This document shows positions 46,564 through 59,032 of a DNA stretch of 64,000 nucleotides, piece by piece. Under the pieces are notes generated by a model that was given only the letters and a program-made list of their open reading frames with translations, did no database searches and was not told the origin of the DNA. How positions within the stretch are numbered: the stretch's first letter is position 1; every line of letters begins with the position of its first letter. The stretch is from assembly GCF_003334355.1 (NCBI RefSeq), contig NZ_QOWP01000020.1, one strand, 5' to 3'. Made by a program: the position numbers and the translations under genes. The DNA is from Escherichia coli. GTDB taxonomy: Bacteria; Pseudomonadota; Gammaproteobacteria; Enterobacterales; Enterobacteriaceae.

Positions 46564-48051
46564 TCAGGCCTCCAGGCTTATCCAGATGGTTTTCAGTTCG
46601 GTGAATTTTTCAAGGGCATGCAGGGATTTGTCGCGACCGTTGCCGCTCTGCTTATAGCCGCCAAACGGCACGGTCATATCGCCGTCGTTGTAGTTATTGA
46701 CGAAGACGGAACCAGCCTTCAGGCGGCGGCTCATGCGGTGCGCGCGGGAGAGGTCGCGCGTCCATACCGCCGCGCCAAGGCCGTACTGGCTGTCGTTGGC
46801 AAGCTGTAGCGCCTGTTCTTCTGATGTGAAACGCGTGACCACCAGCACCGGACCGAAAATCTCTTCGCGGCTTAAGGACGCATTCGGGTCTACATCCACA
46901 AAGATGGTCGGGCCGATGGCGGCAGCCAGCTCAGCGTTACGACCATCCAGCAGCAGTTGCCCTTTGCTTTCGCCTTCCCGAATAAAGCTATGGACCGAGT
47001 CGGCGTGGGCGCAGTCGATTAAGGTGCCCATGGTGGTTGCGGGATCAAGTGGATGGCCCGGCTGCCAGTTTTGCGCCTACTGTTTTAACAGGGCTAAGAA
47101 TTCATCGGCGATGCTCTCTTCCAGCAACAAACGCGTTCCGGCGATGCACACCTGGCCCTGGTTGTAGAAGATGCCTGCGGCGGTGGCGCTTGCCGCTTTT
47201 TACAGATCCGGACAATCGGCGAAAACGAGGTTGGCGCTTTTGCCGCCCGCTTCCAGCCAGACGCGTTTCATGTTGCTGTCGCCCGCATCTTTCAGCAGCT
47301 GTTTCCCGGTACGGGTTGAACCGGTAAAGGCAATGGCGTCGATATCGTTATGACGCGACAGCGCCTGCCCCGCTTCATGACCAAAACCCGTCACCACGTT
47401 CAACACACCATCCGGCAAGCCTGCTTCTTTCGCCAGCCCCGCGAGACGAATCGCACTGAGCGGTGATTTTTCAGACGGTTTTAGAATCACGCTGTTTCCC
47501 GCCGCCAGCGCCGGGCCGAGTTTCCAGCAAGTCAGCAACAGCGGGAAGTTCCACGGCACGATGGCGGCAATCACGCCGACCGGTTCACGCACGATCATCG
47601 CCAGCTCATGGCTACTGGTGGTCGCCACTTCGCCATACACTTTGTCGATCGCTTCGGCGTACCAGCGAATGGCGCGCGCCGCGCCGGGAATATCATCACG
47701 CAGACTGTGACGAATCGGTTTGCCGGTGTCGAGAGTTTCCAGCAGTGCCAGCTCTTCGGCGTGGGCTTCCATTAAATCGGCGAGTTTATTCAGTACCGCT
47801 TTACGTTTAGCCGGAGAAGAGAGTGACCAGTCGCCGCGTTCAAATACGCCGCGTGCTGCGCTCACCGCACGGTCGATATCGACGCTCTTGCCGCGGGCAA
47901 TTTTCGCCAGCGGTGCCTGGGTGACCGGATCAACGGTTTCAAAGGTTTCATTTTCCGCCGCAGCAGTATATTCACCGTTAATAAATAAGCGGTTTTCAAT
48001 GGCGAGACTTAACGCTTTATCCTGCCAGTAAGCCAGATGATGAAAATTCAT
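46564..48051 (-). pseudogene. puuC: gamma-glutamyl-gamma-aminobutyraldehyde dehydrogenase PuuC with two in-frame stop codons
   Basis: Aldehyde-dehydrogenase reading frame runs from the ATG at 48051 to 46564 in a single frame but contains TAA (47200-47202) after ...FADCPDL and TAG (47077-47079) after ...LALLKQ. Sequence between and after the stops remains ALDH-like (KAASATAAGIFYNQGQVCIAGTR...; AQNWQPGHPLDPATTMGTL...). Confidence 0.8.
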
Positions 48052-48325
48052 TATGACTCCTGTTTCACGTCTATCAGATATATGCAGTTTGTGAACGTCA
48101 GGGCGCAGAGATCCCCGGGCCGTATGCCCGTTTATTTCTGGCGACATTCTTTATATACACTTCATCCTTCAAGCCGCCTCTGCCTTGGCTGCGTTCGCTC
48201 CCCCGAATCACTTACCTGAGTAAGCTCATCGGGATTCGCTCACTTGCCGCCTTGATGCAACTTGAATGATTTTGTGTATAGATTGCCGGGCGCATTGCGC
48301 TTACCCGGCTTACAGAACAAAAAGA

Positions 48326-48883
48326 TTAAAACGTGGTGGGCGTATGGGCGCTGATAATTCGGCAAATACCTGCCGACGTATTACTGAAACTGTGCGGGAT
48401 GCCGGTATTAATGGCATAACTTTGCCCCGCGACGAGGTGGTAATCCTGACCATTAATCGTCAGAACAATTTCACCTTCCAGTACTGTGCCTATTTCCTCA
48501 CCCTGATGCTTAATTCTTTCCCCAGTGGTTGTGCCCGGCTGGTACGTTTCAAAGATCATCGCCAGCGTGCGATTCGGGTTACCGTTATGAACCAGCTTCA
48601 TTGACACACCCTGACTGCCCATCTCAATTAAGTCGTCCTGATTAATGACGACCTGCGGCTCATCAGGTTTTTCCGGCTCGGAAAAGAATTCCGAGAGTGA
48701 CAGACCATACACCTTCAGCAGCTTTTGCAGCGTACTGATGGCAGGGCTGACTTTATCTTGTTCTATCGTACTGATAGCACTGTGAGTCAGCCCGGAGAGT
48801 TCGGCGGCACGACGTTGTGAAAGCCCCTGCTGCTGGCGGATTTCCGACAAGCGTTTTCCTGGCGCCAGTCCCTCATCACTCAT
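48326..48883 (-). CDS. puuR: HTH-type repressor PuuR (XRE HTH plus cupin)
   Basis: 185-aa ORF; N-terminal HTH (LSQRRAAELSGLTHSAISTIE) and C-terminal cupin. Confidence 0.94.
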   Translation of the reverse strand: MSDEGLAPGKRLSEIRQQQGLSQRRAAELSGLTHSAISTIEQDKVSPAISTLQKLLKVYGLSLSEFFSEPEKPDEPQVVINQDDLIEMGSQGVSMKLVHNGNPNRTLAMIFETYQPGTTTGERIKHQGEEIGTVLEGEIVLTINGQDYHLVAGQSYAINTGIPHSFSNTSAGICRIISAHTPTTF

Positions 48884-48909
48884 ATTTGCATTTCCTTAAA
48901 CTGTAGTGG

Positions 48910-49674
48910 TCAGAGTCGCTGTTTTTCAGCGATATGGTGCTGACAAGCGGTGATAAAGCCCTCGAACAATATACGCGAAAGCGCGTACTCGCTACTGTTC
49001 CATTCCGGGTGCCACTGTACGCCCAGCGCAAAAGGATGATTGATGACGCTAACCGCCTCAACTAAGCCATCCGGCGAGCGAGCTTCAACACGCAACCGTG
49101 GGCTAACGACCTTCGCCCCTTGTCCATGCAGAGAGTTTACCCAAAAGTTGCTACATTCAGGTAACAACGCAGACAGTAATCCCCCCTCTTCAACCTGAAC
49201 TTCATGCGACGGTGCATATTGCTGTTCCACCGGCAGTTCGGGATCTTCCCGATGTTCCAGCAATTCAGGCTGTTCGCACAGCTTGCGATGCAACGAACCA
49301 CCGGTTGCCACCACCAGTTCCTGTAAACCCCGGCAGATGGCGAAAATGGGGATGCGCCTTTCGAGTGCGGCATTAATTAACGCCATGCTCAGAAGATCAC
49401 GCCCGGGATCGGCGTCAGGCTCATCGCCGTTTTCACCATATAGGTGCGGCTGCACATTGCTGGGACTACCAGGAAGATAAATGCCATCGAGTTTCGGCAA
49501 AAGTTGTTCAAGTAATGACGGTTCCGCCAGCGCATGTGGTAACGCAATTGGCAAGCCGCCTGCGTGGATGATGGCATTCAGGTACTTTTCTTGCAGAGTC
49601 TGGGTCGCATGACCCTTAAGCCTGTTCCTGCACATTACGACACCGATAACCGGATTGTTCATTATATTTTCCAT
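48910..49674 (-). CDS. puuD: gamma-glutamyl-GABA hydrolase PuuD
   Basis: ORF 48910..49686; likely start at 49674 (MENIMNNPVIGVV...), 254 aa; class-I glutamine amidotransferase-like. Confidence 0.93.
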   Translation of the reverse strand: MENIMNNPVIGVVMCRNRLKGHATQTLQEKYLNAIIHAGGLPIALPHALAEPSLLEQLLPKLDGIYLPGSPSNVQPHLYGENGDEPDADPGRDLLSMALINAALERRIPIFAICRGLQELVVATGGSLHRKLCEQPELLEHREDPELPVEQQYAPSHEVQVEEGGLLSALLPECSNFWVNSLHGQGAKVVSPRLRVEARSPDGLVEAVSVINHPFALGVQWHPEWNSSEYALSRILFEGFITACQHHIAEKQRL

Positions 49675-49885
49675 GCTCAATCTCACAAAGTGGACTAAAT
49701 TATCGCCATTACTGCGCTTTAAATGACCTTTATGTTCAATATTTTTTCAATCTAGCAGTGGGTTTTCATTTTTGCAAACTCAATTTAACATTTGACAAAC
49801 ATTTAGTTTGCATACAGATTCGAATGGTGGTCATTATATTTTACGCTTTGATAACGAGCGGAAAACAAACCAAAGGCGAAGAATC

Positions 49886-51303
49886 ATGGAAACCAATATC
49901 GTTGAAGTAGAGAACTTTGTTCAGCAGTCAGAAGAGAGGCGGGGTAGCGCCTTTACGCAGGAAGTGAAACGCTACCTGGAGCGCTACCCGAATACGCAAT
50001 ATGTTGATGTTTTACTTACCGATTTAAATGGTTGCTTCCGTGGAAAGCGTATTCCTGTTTCAAGCCTGAAGAAGCTCGAGAAAGGGTGTTATTCCCGGCC
50101 TCGGTATTTGCAATGGATATTCTGGGCAACGTAGTAGAAGAAGCAGGTCTGGGTCAGGAAATGGGCGAGCCGGATCGTACCTGTGTTCCTGTTCTCGGTT
50201 CCTTAACTCCTTCTGCCGCCGATCCAGAGTTTATCGGTCAGATGCTCCTGACCATGGTCGATGAAGATGGCGCTCCCTTTGACGTTGAGCCGCGGAACGT
50301 TCTTAACCGCCTGTGGCAGCAGCTGCGCCAGCGCGGATTGTTCCCGGTCGTAGCGGTAGAGCTGGAGTTCTATTTACTGGATCGCCAGCGCGACGCTGAA
50401 GGGTATCTGCAACCGCCCTGCGCGCCTGGCACCGATGACCGCAATACACAAAGCCAGGTTTACTCCGTTGATAACCTCAACCACTTCGCCGACGTGCTCA
50501 ATGATATTGATGAACTGGCGCAGTTACAGCTGATTCCGGCAGATGGCGCGGTCGCTGAGGCCTCGCCGGGTCAGTTTGAAATCAACCTTTACCATACTGA
50601 TAACGTGCTGGAAGCCTGCGATGATGCGCTGGCACTAAAACGCCTGGTGCGTCTGATGGCAGAAAAGCATAAGATGCACGCCACTTTTATGGCGAAGCCG
50701 TATGAAGAGCACGCGGGCAGCGGAATGCATATCCATATCAGTATGCAAAATAATCGTGGCGAGAACGTGCTTTCTGACGCGGAAGGCGAAGATTCGCCGC
50801 TGCTGAAAAAGATGCTCGCCGGGATGATTGACCTGATGCCGTCGTCGATGGCGTTGCTGGCACCAAACGTGAACTCGTATCGCCGCTTCCAGCCGGGAAT
50901 GTATGTGCCGACGCAGGCGTCGTGGGGCCATAACAACCGCACCGTCGCCCTGCGTATTCCGTGCGGCGACCGTCATAATCACCGCGTGGAATATCGCGTG
51001 GCGGGTGCCGATGCCAACCCATATCTGGTGATGGCAGCGATTTTTGCCGGTATTTTGCATGGCCTTGATAACGAGCTGCCGTTGCAGGAAGAAGTCGAAG
51101 GCAACGGGCTGGAACAGGAAGGCTTACCCTTTCCGATTCGCCAGAGCGATGCCCTGGGTGAGTTTATCGAGAATGATCACCTGCGCCGCTATTTAGGCGA
51201 ACGCTTCTGCCATGTCTATCACGCCTGTAAAAATGATGAGCTGTTGCAGTTTGAGCGCCTCATCACAGAAACAGAAATTGAGTGGATGTTGAAAAACGCG
51301 TAA
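49886..51303 (+). pseudogene. puuA: glutamate-putrescine ligase PuuA disrupted by a 1-bp deletion
   Basis: N-terminus METNIVEVENF...LEKGCY is in one frame and stops at 50132-50134. The glutamine-synthetase-like remainder (FPASVFAMDILGN... to MLKNA) is in the -1 frame (ORF 50032..51303). The junction is at tgttat-t-cccggcc (about 50090-50094), where one T appears to be missing. Confidence 0.8.
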
Positions 51304-51605
51304 TACCCCTTGCGGGGTTGTTTCATCGGCCTGAGCGGAGCCAGGACTGACATTTGCTGGTAATCCAGACATTTCCCGGATGTCGCGTTATGGAGCGCGG
51401 GCGGCAACGGGCTTCCGTTAACGATTAAGACTGTGACGAGGAAATGAGATGATGCCGATGATTAAATCCCCGCATGGCGAGGGAGGCTGCGTATGCGCCC
51501 CTCCTGCTACTGACTGGACTCCGCCCCCTTTGCTTCCCTTGCTAAACAGGTTTGATTTCAGGTCGACACGACCGCAAACCTTATTACGCAGGGGAGGCAG
51601 CAATT

Positions 51606-52991
51606 ATGGCTATTAATTCACCACTGAATATTGCTGCGCAACCCGGCAAAACCCGTCTGCGAAAATCACTGAAATTGTGGCAGGTGGTGATGATGGGTCT
51701 GGCCTATCTCACGCCGATGACCGTATTTGATACTTTTGGTATTGTCTCCGGCATTAGCGACGGTCACGTTCCGGCGTCCTATTTGCTGGCGCTGGCGGGT
51801 GTGCTGTTTACCGCTATCAGCTACGGCAAACTGGTTCGCCAGTTTCCGGAGGCCGGTTCGGCCTATACCTACGCGCAAAAGTCGATTAACCCGCACGTCG
51901 GATTTATGGTCGGCTGGTCATCGCTGCTGGATTATCTCTTTTTGCCGATGATTAACGTCTTGTTGGCGAAAATCTATCTCTCCGCCCTCTTCCCGGAAGT
52001 GCCGCCGTGGGTGTGGGTGGTAACCTTCGTCGCCATTTTAACCGCCGCGAATCTGAAGAGCGTCAACCTGGTCGCTAACTTCAATACCCTGTTTGTACTG
52101 GTGCAAATCTCCATCATGGTGGTGTTTATCTTCCTGGTAGTTCAGGGACTGCATAAAGGAGAAGGCGTTGGCACCGTCTGGTCACTTCAGCCGTTTATCA
52201 GCGAGAACGCGCACCTGATCCCGATTATTACCGGGGCGACGATTGTCTGTTTCTCCTTCCTCGGTTTCGATGCGGTGACCACGCTTTCGGAAGAGACGCC
52301 GGACGCCGCACGCGTGATCCCGAAAGCCATCTTCCTGACGGCGGTCTACGGTGGCGTTATCTTTATCGCGGCGTCGTTCTTTATGCAGCTGTTCTTTCCC
52401 GATATCAGCCGCTTTAAAGATCCGGATGCCGCACTGCCTGAAATTGCGCTGTACGTCGGCGGCAAGCTCTTCCAGTCGATTTTCCTCTGCACCACGTTTG
52501 TGAACACGTTAGCCTCTGGCCTGGCTTCACATGCCAGCGTGTCGCGTCTGCTGTATGTGATGGGGCGTGACAATGTGTTTCCGGAGCGCGTGTTTGGCTA
52601 TGTGCACCCAAAATGGCGGACTCCGGCACTCAACGTCATTATGGTCGGGATTGTCGCGTTGTCGGCGCTGTTCTTCGATTTAGTTACCGCCACAGCGTTA
52701 ATTAACTTCGGTGCTCTGGTGGCGTTTACCTTCGTGAATCTGTCGGTGTTTAATCATTTCTGGCGGCGTAAAGGAATGAATAAAAGCTGGAAGGATCACT
52801 TCCACTATTTGCTGATGCCGCTGGTTGGCGCGCTGACGGTGGGTGTGCTGTGGGTTAACCTCGAGTCAACGTCACTGACACTCGGTCTGGTATGGGCTTC
52901 GTTAGGCGGCGCATATTTATGGTATCTGATCCGCCGCTATCGCAAAGTGCCGTTGTATGATGGTGACAGAACGCCGGTGAGTGAAACGTAA
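51606..52991 (+). CDS. puuP: putrescine importer PuuP (APC family)
   Basis: ORF 51552..52991; start ATG at 51606 after gggagg RBS ([12 protein letters not shown]...); 12-TM amino-acid/polyamine permease. Confidence 0.94.
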
Positions 52992-53124
52992 TAGTCGGAT
53001 GCGCGGCGCATTATCCTGCCTGAGGGTAACGCGCCGCGCCATTAACTATAAAAAGATGTATGACCCGGATCACGAGTGCTATCATCCGCCCTTATGCTTA
53101 GCGCATTAACCCCAGGGGCAAATA

Positions 53125-53370
53125 ATGAACCACGATATCCCGCTAAAATATTTTGATATTGCCGATGAGTACGCGACCGAATGCGCAGAGCCTGTCGCAG
53201 AGGCTGAACGCACACCGCTGGCCCACTACTTCCAGTTACTGCTCACCCGTTTGATGAACAATGAAGAGATCAGCGAAGAAGCCCAACATGAAATGGCTGC
53301 TGAAGCGGGGATTAATCCCGTACGCATTGATGAGATCGCAGAGTTTTTGAATCAATGGGGTAATGAGTAA
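53125..53370 (+). CDS. ymjA: small acidic protein YmjA (DUF2543)
   Basis: 81-aa ORF; matches YmjA. Confidence 0.85.
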
Positions 53371-53682
53371 TGATTTAATTGCAGACGATCGGTCAGTATC
53401 GTTGTCCGGATAAAGCGTTCACGCCGCATCTGGCTAACAATGACACGCACTGCAGCGTGCTTTAATGGGTTTCTCACGATCGTACCGCTCTGCTCCTCGC
53501 TAAGTTGTTCTGTGAGTTATAGTTATAGAGAAATCACGGGTACGAATGTTGAACAGATGGCGACGTCACCTGTTCAACGACCAACCACACGGCCCTCATT
53601 ACGACCCCTGAACACAAACGGTAATGGCAAATGTCATTAAATATTAGTAAGATAGCCTCTTTACATAAAATCCCTTAATATT

Positions 53683-55326
53683 ATGCGCCAGGTATTATCG
53701 TCTCTTTTGGTGATTGCTGGACTTGTGAGTGGTCAGGCAATCGCCGCGCCTGAATCTCCCCCGCATGCTGATATCCGCGACAGCGGTTTTGTCTATTGCG
53801 TCAGCGGGCAAGTCAACACCTTTAACCCATCCAAAGCGAGCAGTGGGTTAATTGTCGATACCCTTGCCGCCCAGTTTTATGATCGACTGCTGGATGTCGA
53901 TCCCTATACCTATCGCCTGATGCCGGAACTTGCCGAAAGCTGGGAAGTACTCGACAACGGCGCGACCTATCGCTTCCACCTGCGTCGCGATGTTCCGTTT
54001 CAAAAAACCGACTGGTTTACTCCCACTCGTAAAATGAATGCCGACGATGTGGTGTTTACCTTCCAGCGAATTTTTGACCGCAACAACCCGTGGCATAACG
54101 TCAACGGCAGCAACTTCCCCTACTTCGACAGCCTGCAATTTGCCGATAACGTGAAAAGCGTCCGCAAACTGGATAATCATACCGTTGAGTTCCGACTCGC
54201 CCAGCCGGATGCTTCTTTTTTGTGGCACCTCGCAACCCATTATGCTTCGGTCATGTCGGCAGAATATGCCCGGAAGTTAGAGAAAGAAGATCGCCAGGAG
54301 CAACTCGACCGTCAACCGGTCGGCACCGGTCCGTATCAGTTGTCGGAATACCGCGCCGGGCAATTTATTCGCCTACAACGTCATGATGACTTCTGGCGCG
54401 GTAAACCGTTAATGCCGCAGGTAGTGGTGGATTTAGGCTCCGGCGGCACCGGACGTCTGTCGAAACTCCTGACCGGGGAATGTGACGTTCTGGCCTGGCC
54501 TGCTGCCAGCCAGCTATCCATTTTGCGTGACGACCCGCGCTTGCGTTTAACGCTGCGTCCTGGGATGAACGTCGCCTATCTGGCATTTAACACCGCCAAA
54601 CCGCCGCTAAATAATCCCGCTGTCCGCCATGCACTGGCACTGGCGATTAATAACCAGCGCCTGATGCAATCCATCTATTATGGTACGGCTGAAACGGCGG
54701 CCTCTATTTTACCGCGCGCCTCGTGGGCCTATGACAACGAGGCTAAAATTACTGAATACAATCCGGCGAAATCGCGCGAACAGTTGAAGGCGTTGGGGCT
54801 GGAAAACTTAACGCTGAAACTGTGGGTGCCCACACGTTCGCAGGCGTGGAACCCCAGTCCACTGAAAACTGCCGAACTGATTCAGGCGGATATGGCGCAG
54901 GTTGGCGTAAAAGTGGTGATTGTGCCGGTAGAAGGTCGCTTTCAGGAGGCGCGGTTGATGGATATGAGCCATGATCTGACGTTATCCGGTTGGGCGACGG
55001 ACAGTAACGACCCGGACAGTTTCTTCCGTCCTTTACTGAGCTGCGCGGCAATTCATTCACAGACCAACCTCGCCCACTGGTGCGATCCGAAATTCGACAG
55101 CGTGTTGCGTAAGGCGCTCTCCTCGCAGCAGCTGGCGGCGCGTATTGAAGCCTATGACGAAGCGCAGAGTATTCTGGCGCAGGAATTGCCCATTTTGCCG
55201 CTGGCGTCGTCATTGCGTTTGCAGGCCTATCGGTACGATATCAAAGGTCTGGTACTTAGCCCGTTTGGTAACGCCTCCTTTGCTGGGGTGTATCGCGAGA
55301 AACAGGATGAGGTGAAAAAACCATGA
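53683..55326 (+). CDS. sapA: periplasmic binding protein SapA
   Basis: 547-aa ORF with signal peptide; SBP family 5. Confidence 0.94.
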   Translation: MRQVLSSLLVIAGLVSGQAIAAPESPPHADIRDSGFVYCVSGQVNTFNPSKASSGLIVDTLAAQFYDRLLDVDPYTYRLMPELAESWEVLDNGATYRFHLRRDVPFQKTDWFTPTRKMNADDVVFTFQRIFDRNNPWHNVNGSNFPYFDSLQFADNVKSVRKLDNHTVEFRLAQPDASFLWHLATHYASVMSAEYARKLEKEDRQEQLDRQPVGTGPYQLSEYRAGQFIRLQRHDDFWRGKPLMPQVVVDLGSGGTGRLSKLLTGECDVLAWPAASQLSILRDDPRLRLTLRPGMNVAYLAFNTAKPPLNNPAVRHALALAINNQRLMQSIYYGTAETAASILPRASWAYDNEAKITEYNPAKSREQLKALGLENLTLKLWVPTRSQAWNPSPLKTAELIQADMAQVGVKVVIVPVEGRFQEARLMDMSHDLTLSGWATDSNDPDSFFRPLLSCAAIHSQTNLAHWCDPKFDSVLRKALSSQQLAARIEAYDEAQSILAQELPILPLASSLRLQAYRYDIKGLVLSPFGNASFAGVYREKQDEVKKP

Positions 55327-56288
55327 TTATCTTCACCTTACGCCGCATTTTGTTATTGATTGTCACCTTGTTCCTGCTGACCTTCGTTGGCTTCAGCTTG
55401 AGCTATTTCACCCCTCATGCGCCGTTACAAGGCGCGTCACTGTGGAATGCCTGGGTGTTCTGGTTTAACGGCCTGATCCACTGGGATTTTGGTGTTTCCA
55501 GCATTAACGGTCAACCGATTGCCGAACAGTTAAAAGAGGTCTTCCCGGCGACGATGGAACTGTGCATCCTCGCCTTCGGTTTTGCGCTGATTGTTGGCAT
55601 CCCCGTGGGGATGATTGCCGGGATTACGCGCCATAAGTGGCAGGATAACTTGATCAACGCCATCGCCTTACTGGGCTTTTCAATCCCGGTGTTCTGGCTG
55701 GCGCTTCTGTTGACGCTGTTTTGTTCACTCACGCTAGGTTGGTTGCCCGTTTCAGGGCGTTTCGATCTGCTCTACGAAGTGAAACCGATTACCGGTTTTG
55801 CGTTGATTGATGCCTGGCTTTCGGACTCACCATGGCGGGATGAAATGATCATGAGCGCAATCCGCCATATGATATTGCCCGTGATCACCCTGTCGGTTGC
55901 GCCAACAACTGAAGTGATCCGCCTGATGCGTATCAGCACTATCGAAGTGTATGACCAGAACTATGTAAAAGCGGCGGCGACCCGCGGTTTGTCGCGCTTT
56001 ACTATTTTGCGTCGCCACGTTCTGCATAACGCGTTACCGCCGGTTATTCCTCGCCTGGGCTTACAGTTTTCCACCATGCTGACGCTGGCGATGATCACCG
56101 AAATGGTTTTTAGCTGGCCGGGTTTAGGGCGCTGGTTAATTAACGCCATCCGCCAGCAGGATTACGCAGCCATTTCCGCCGGAGTGATGGTGTGTGGCTC
56201 ACTGGTCATTATTGTTAACGTGATTTCTGATATTTTGGGTGCCATGGCTAACCCTCTGAAACATAAGGAATGGTATGCCTTACGATAG
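55323..56288 (+). CDS. sapB: ABC permease SapB
   Basis: 321-aa permease; overlaps the sapA stop. Confidence 0.94.
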
Positions 56289-57165
56289 CGTATACAGCGA
56301 AAAGCGCCCGCCGGGCACGCTGCGTACCGCCTGGCGCAAATTTTATAGTGACGCCTCTGCGATGGTCGGCCTGTACGGCTGCGCGGGGCTGGCTGTACTG
56401 TGTATTTTTGGCGGCTGGTTTGCGCCTTACGGCATCGACCAGCAATTTCTCGGTTATCAATTATTGCCGCCGTCATGGTCGCGCTATGGCGAAGTTTCTT
56501 TCTTCCTGGGGACTGACGACCTCGGACGCGATGTTTTAAGCCGTTTACTGAGCGGAGCTGCGCCAACCGTGGGTGGCGCATTTGTGGTGACGCTTGCCGC
56601 GACGATCTGTGGCCTGGTACTGGGCACCTTCGCCGGGGCGACACACGGCCTCCGCTCAGCGGTGCTTAACCATATTCTGGATACCTTACTGGCGATCCCT
56701 TCGCTGCTGTTGGCAATTATCGTTGTAGCGTTTGCCGGACCGAGTTTGTCCCACGCTATGTTTGCTGTCTGGCTGGCATTGCTGCCGCGTATGGTACGTT
56801 CGATTTACAGCATGGTGCATGACGAACTGGAAAAAGAGTACGTTATCGCCGCCCGTCTGGATGGCGCATCAACGCTGAATATTCTCTGGTTTGCTGTGAT
56901 GCCAAACATCACCGCCGGGCTGGTCACCGAGATCACCCGCGCACTGTCGATGGCAATTCTCGATATCGCCGCGCTGGGCTTTCTCGATCTCGGCGCACAA
57001 CTCCCCTCGCCTGAATGGGGAGCGATGCTCGGTGATGCGCTGGAACTGATTTATGTCGCCCCGTGGACTGTCATGCTGCCAGGTGCGGCAATTATGATTA
57101 GCGTGTTGTTGGTTAACCTCCTTGGCGATGGCGTTCGTCGTGCGATTATTGCGGGGGTGGAATAA
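56275..57165 (+). CDS. sapC: ABC permease SapC
   Basis: 296-aa permease. Confidence 0.94.
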
Positions 57166-58157
57166 TGCCATTACTCGATATTCGTAACCTGACCATTGAA
57201 TTTAAAACCGGTGATGAGTGGGTTAAAGCCGTCGACCGGGTAAGTATGACCTTAACCGAAGGTGAAATCCGCGGTCTTGTTGGTGAATCCGGTTCCGGCA
57301 AGAGTTTGATTGCGAAAGCGATTTGTGGGGTGAATAAAGATAACTGGCGTGTTACTGCTGACCGTATGCGTTTTGATGATATCGATTTGCTGCGTCTCTC
57401 CGCACGCGAACGGCGCAAACTGGTTGGCCATAACGTGTCGATGATTTTCCAGGAACCGCAGTCGTGTCTTGACCCTTCAGAACGTGTGGGTCGCCAGTTG
57501 ATGCAAAACATCCCAGCCTGGACCTATAAAGGCCGTTGGTGGCAGCGTTTTGGCTGGCGCAAACGCCGTGCCATTGAACTGCTGCACCGCGTGGGGATTA
57601 AAGATCACAAAGATGCGATGCGCAGTTTTCCCTATGAGTTGACCGAAGGTGAATGTCAGAAAGTGATGATAGCCATTGCACTGGCGAATCAACCGCGTCT
57701 GCTGATTGCTGACGAACCGACCAACTCAATGGAGCCAACAACCCAGGCGCAAATCTTTCGCCTGCTGACGCGTCTCAACCAAAACAGCAATACCACTATT
57801 TTGCTTATCAGCCATGACTTACAAATGCTTAGCCAATGGGCGGATAAAATTAACGTGCTTTACTGCGGTCAAACAGTGGAAACCGCGCCGAGTAAGGAGT
57901 TGGTGACGATGCCACATCATCCTTATACCCAGGCGCTGATCCGCGCGATACCAGACTTCGGCAGCGCGATGCCGCATAAAAGTCGCCTCAATACGCTACC
58001 CGGCGCTATCCCACTGCTGGAACAGTTACCGATTGGTTGTCGTCTGGGGCCACGTTGCCCGTATGCACAACGAGAATGCATTGTGACGCCACGTTTGACG
58101 GGGGCGAAAAATCATCTCTATGCCTGTCATTTCCCGCTGAACATGGAGAAAGAGTGA
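57165..58157 (+). CDS. sapD: ABC ATPase SapD
   Basis: 330-aa ORF with Walker A GESGSGKS. Confidence 0.94.
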
Positions 58158-58158
58158 G

Positions 58159-58965
58159 ATGATCGAAACGCTGCTTGAAGTGCGTAATTTAAGTAAAACG
58201 TTCCGCTACCGGACCGGCTGGTTTCGTCGTCAGACCGTAGAAGCGGTAAAACCCTTGAGCTTTACGCTACGTGAAGGCCAGACACTGGCGATTATTGGCG
58301 AGAATGGTTCGGGTAAATCCACGCTGGCAAAAATGCTGGCGGGAATGATAGAGCCTACCAGCGGCGAGTTATTGATTGACGATCATCCGCTGCATTTTGG
58401 CGATTATTCCTTCCGCAGTCAGCGTATTCGCATGATTTTTCAGGATCCTTCGACCTCGTTGAATCCCCGTCAACGTATCTCGCAAATTCTGGATTTTCCA
58501 TTGCGTCTGAACACCGACCTGGAACCGGAACAGCGTCGCAAACAGATTATTGAAACGATGCGTATGGTTGGGCTGCTACCGGATCACGTCAGTTACTATC
58601 CGCATATGTTGGCACCCGGGCAAAAACAGCGTCTGGGTCTGGCGCGCGCGCTGATATTGCGCCCAAAAGTCATTATTGCCGATGAAGCCCTCGCTTCACT
58701 GGATATGTCGATGCGTTCGCAGTTGATTAATCTGATGCTGGAATTACAGGAAAAACAGGGCATTTCGTATATTTATGTTACCCAGCATATCGGAATGATG
58801 AAGCACATTAGCGACCAGGTGCTGGTGATGCATCAGGGCGAGGTTGTCGAGCGAGGCAGCACCGCGGATGTGCTGGCATCGCCGCTGCATGAACTCACCA
58901 AACGGCTGATTGCCGGTCATTTTGGCGAGGCATTGACGGCGGATGCGTGGCGTAAAGATCGCTAA
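58159..58965 (+). CDS. sapF: ABC ATPase SapF
   Basis: 268-aa ORF with Walker A GENGSGKST. Confidence 0.94.
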   Translation: MIETLLEVRNLSKTFRYRTGWFRRQTVEAVKPLSFTLREGQTLAIIGENGSGKSTLAKMLAGMIEPTSGELLIDDHPLHFGDYSFRSQRIRMIFQDPSTSLNPRQRISQILDFPLRLNTDLEPEQRRKQIIETMRMVGLLPDHVSYYPHMLAPGQKQRLGLARALILRPKVIIADEALASLDMSMRSQLINLMLELQEKQGISYIYVTQHIGMMKHISDQVLVMHQGEVVERGSTADVLASPLHELTKRLIAGHFGEALTADAWRKDR

Positions 58966-59032
58966 TTTTCTGAATCCTCCTTCCAGATTATTCACCTCAT
59001 TCTGACAAAAGATTAAATCTTGTCAGAATGAG

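Noticed and set aside
48100-48320. Hairpins in the puuC-puuR spacer (cgggccgtatgcccg followed by tttattt; gccgggcgcattgcgcttacccggc)
   Set aside because: The spacer length matches what I recall for K-12 (about 274 bp), so nothing is inserted. These are most likely the native puuR terminator and puuC leader structures.
51421-51606. Short ORFs in the puuA-puuP spacer, including one overlapping the puuP start
   Set aside because: No convincing RBS and a low-complexity translation; more likely 5' leader sequence of puuP.
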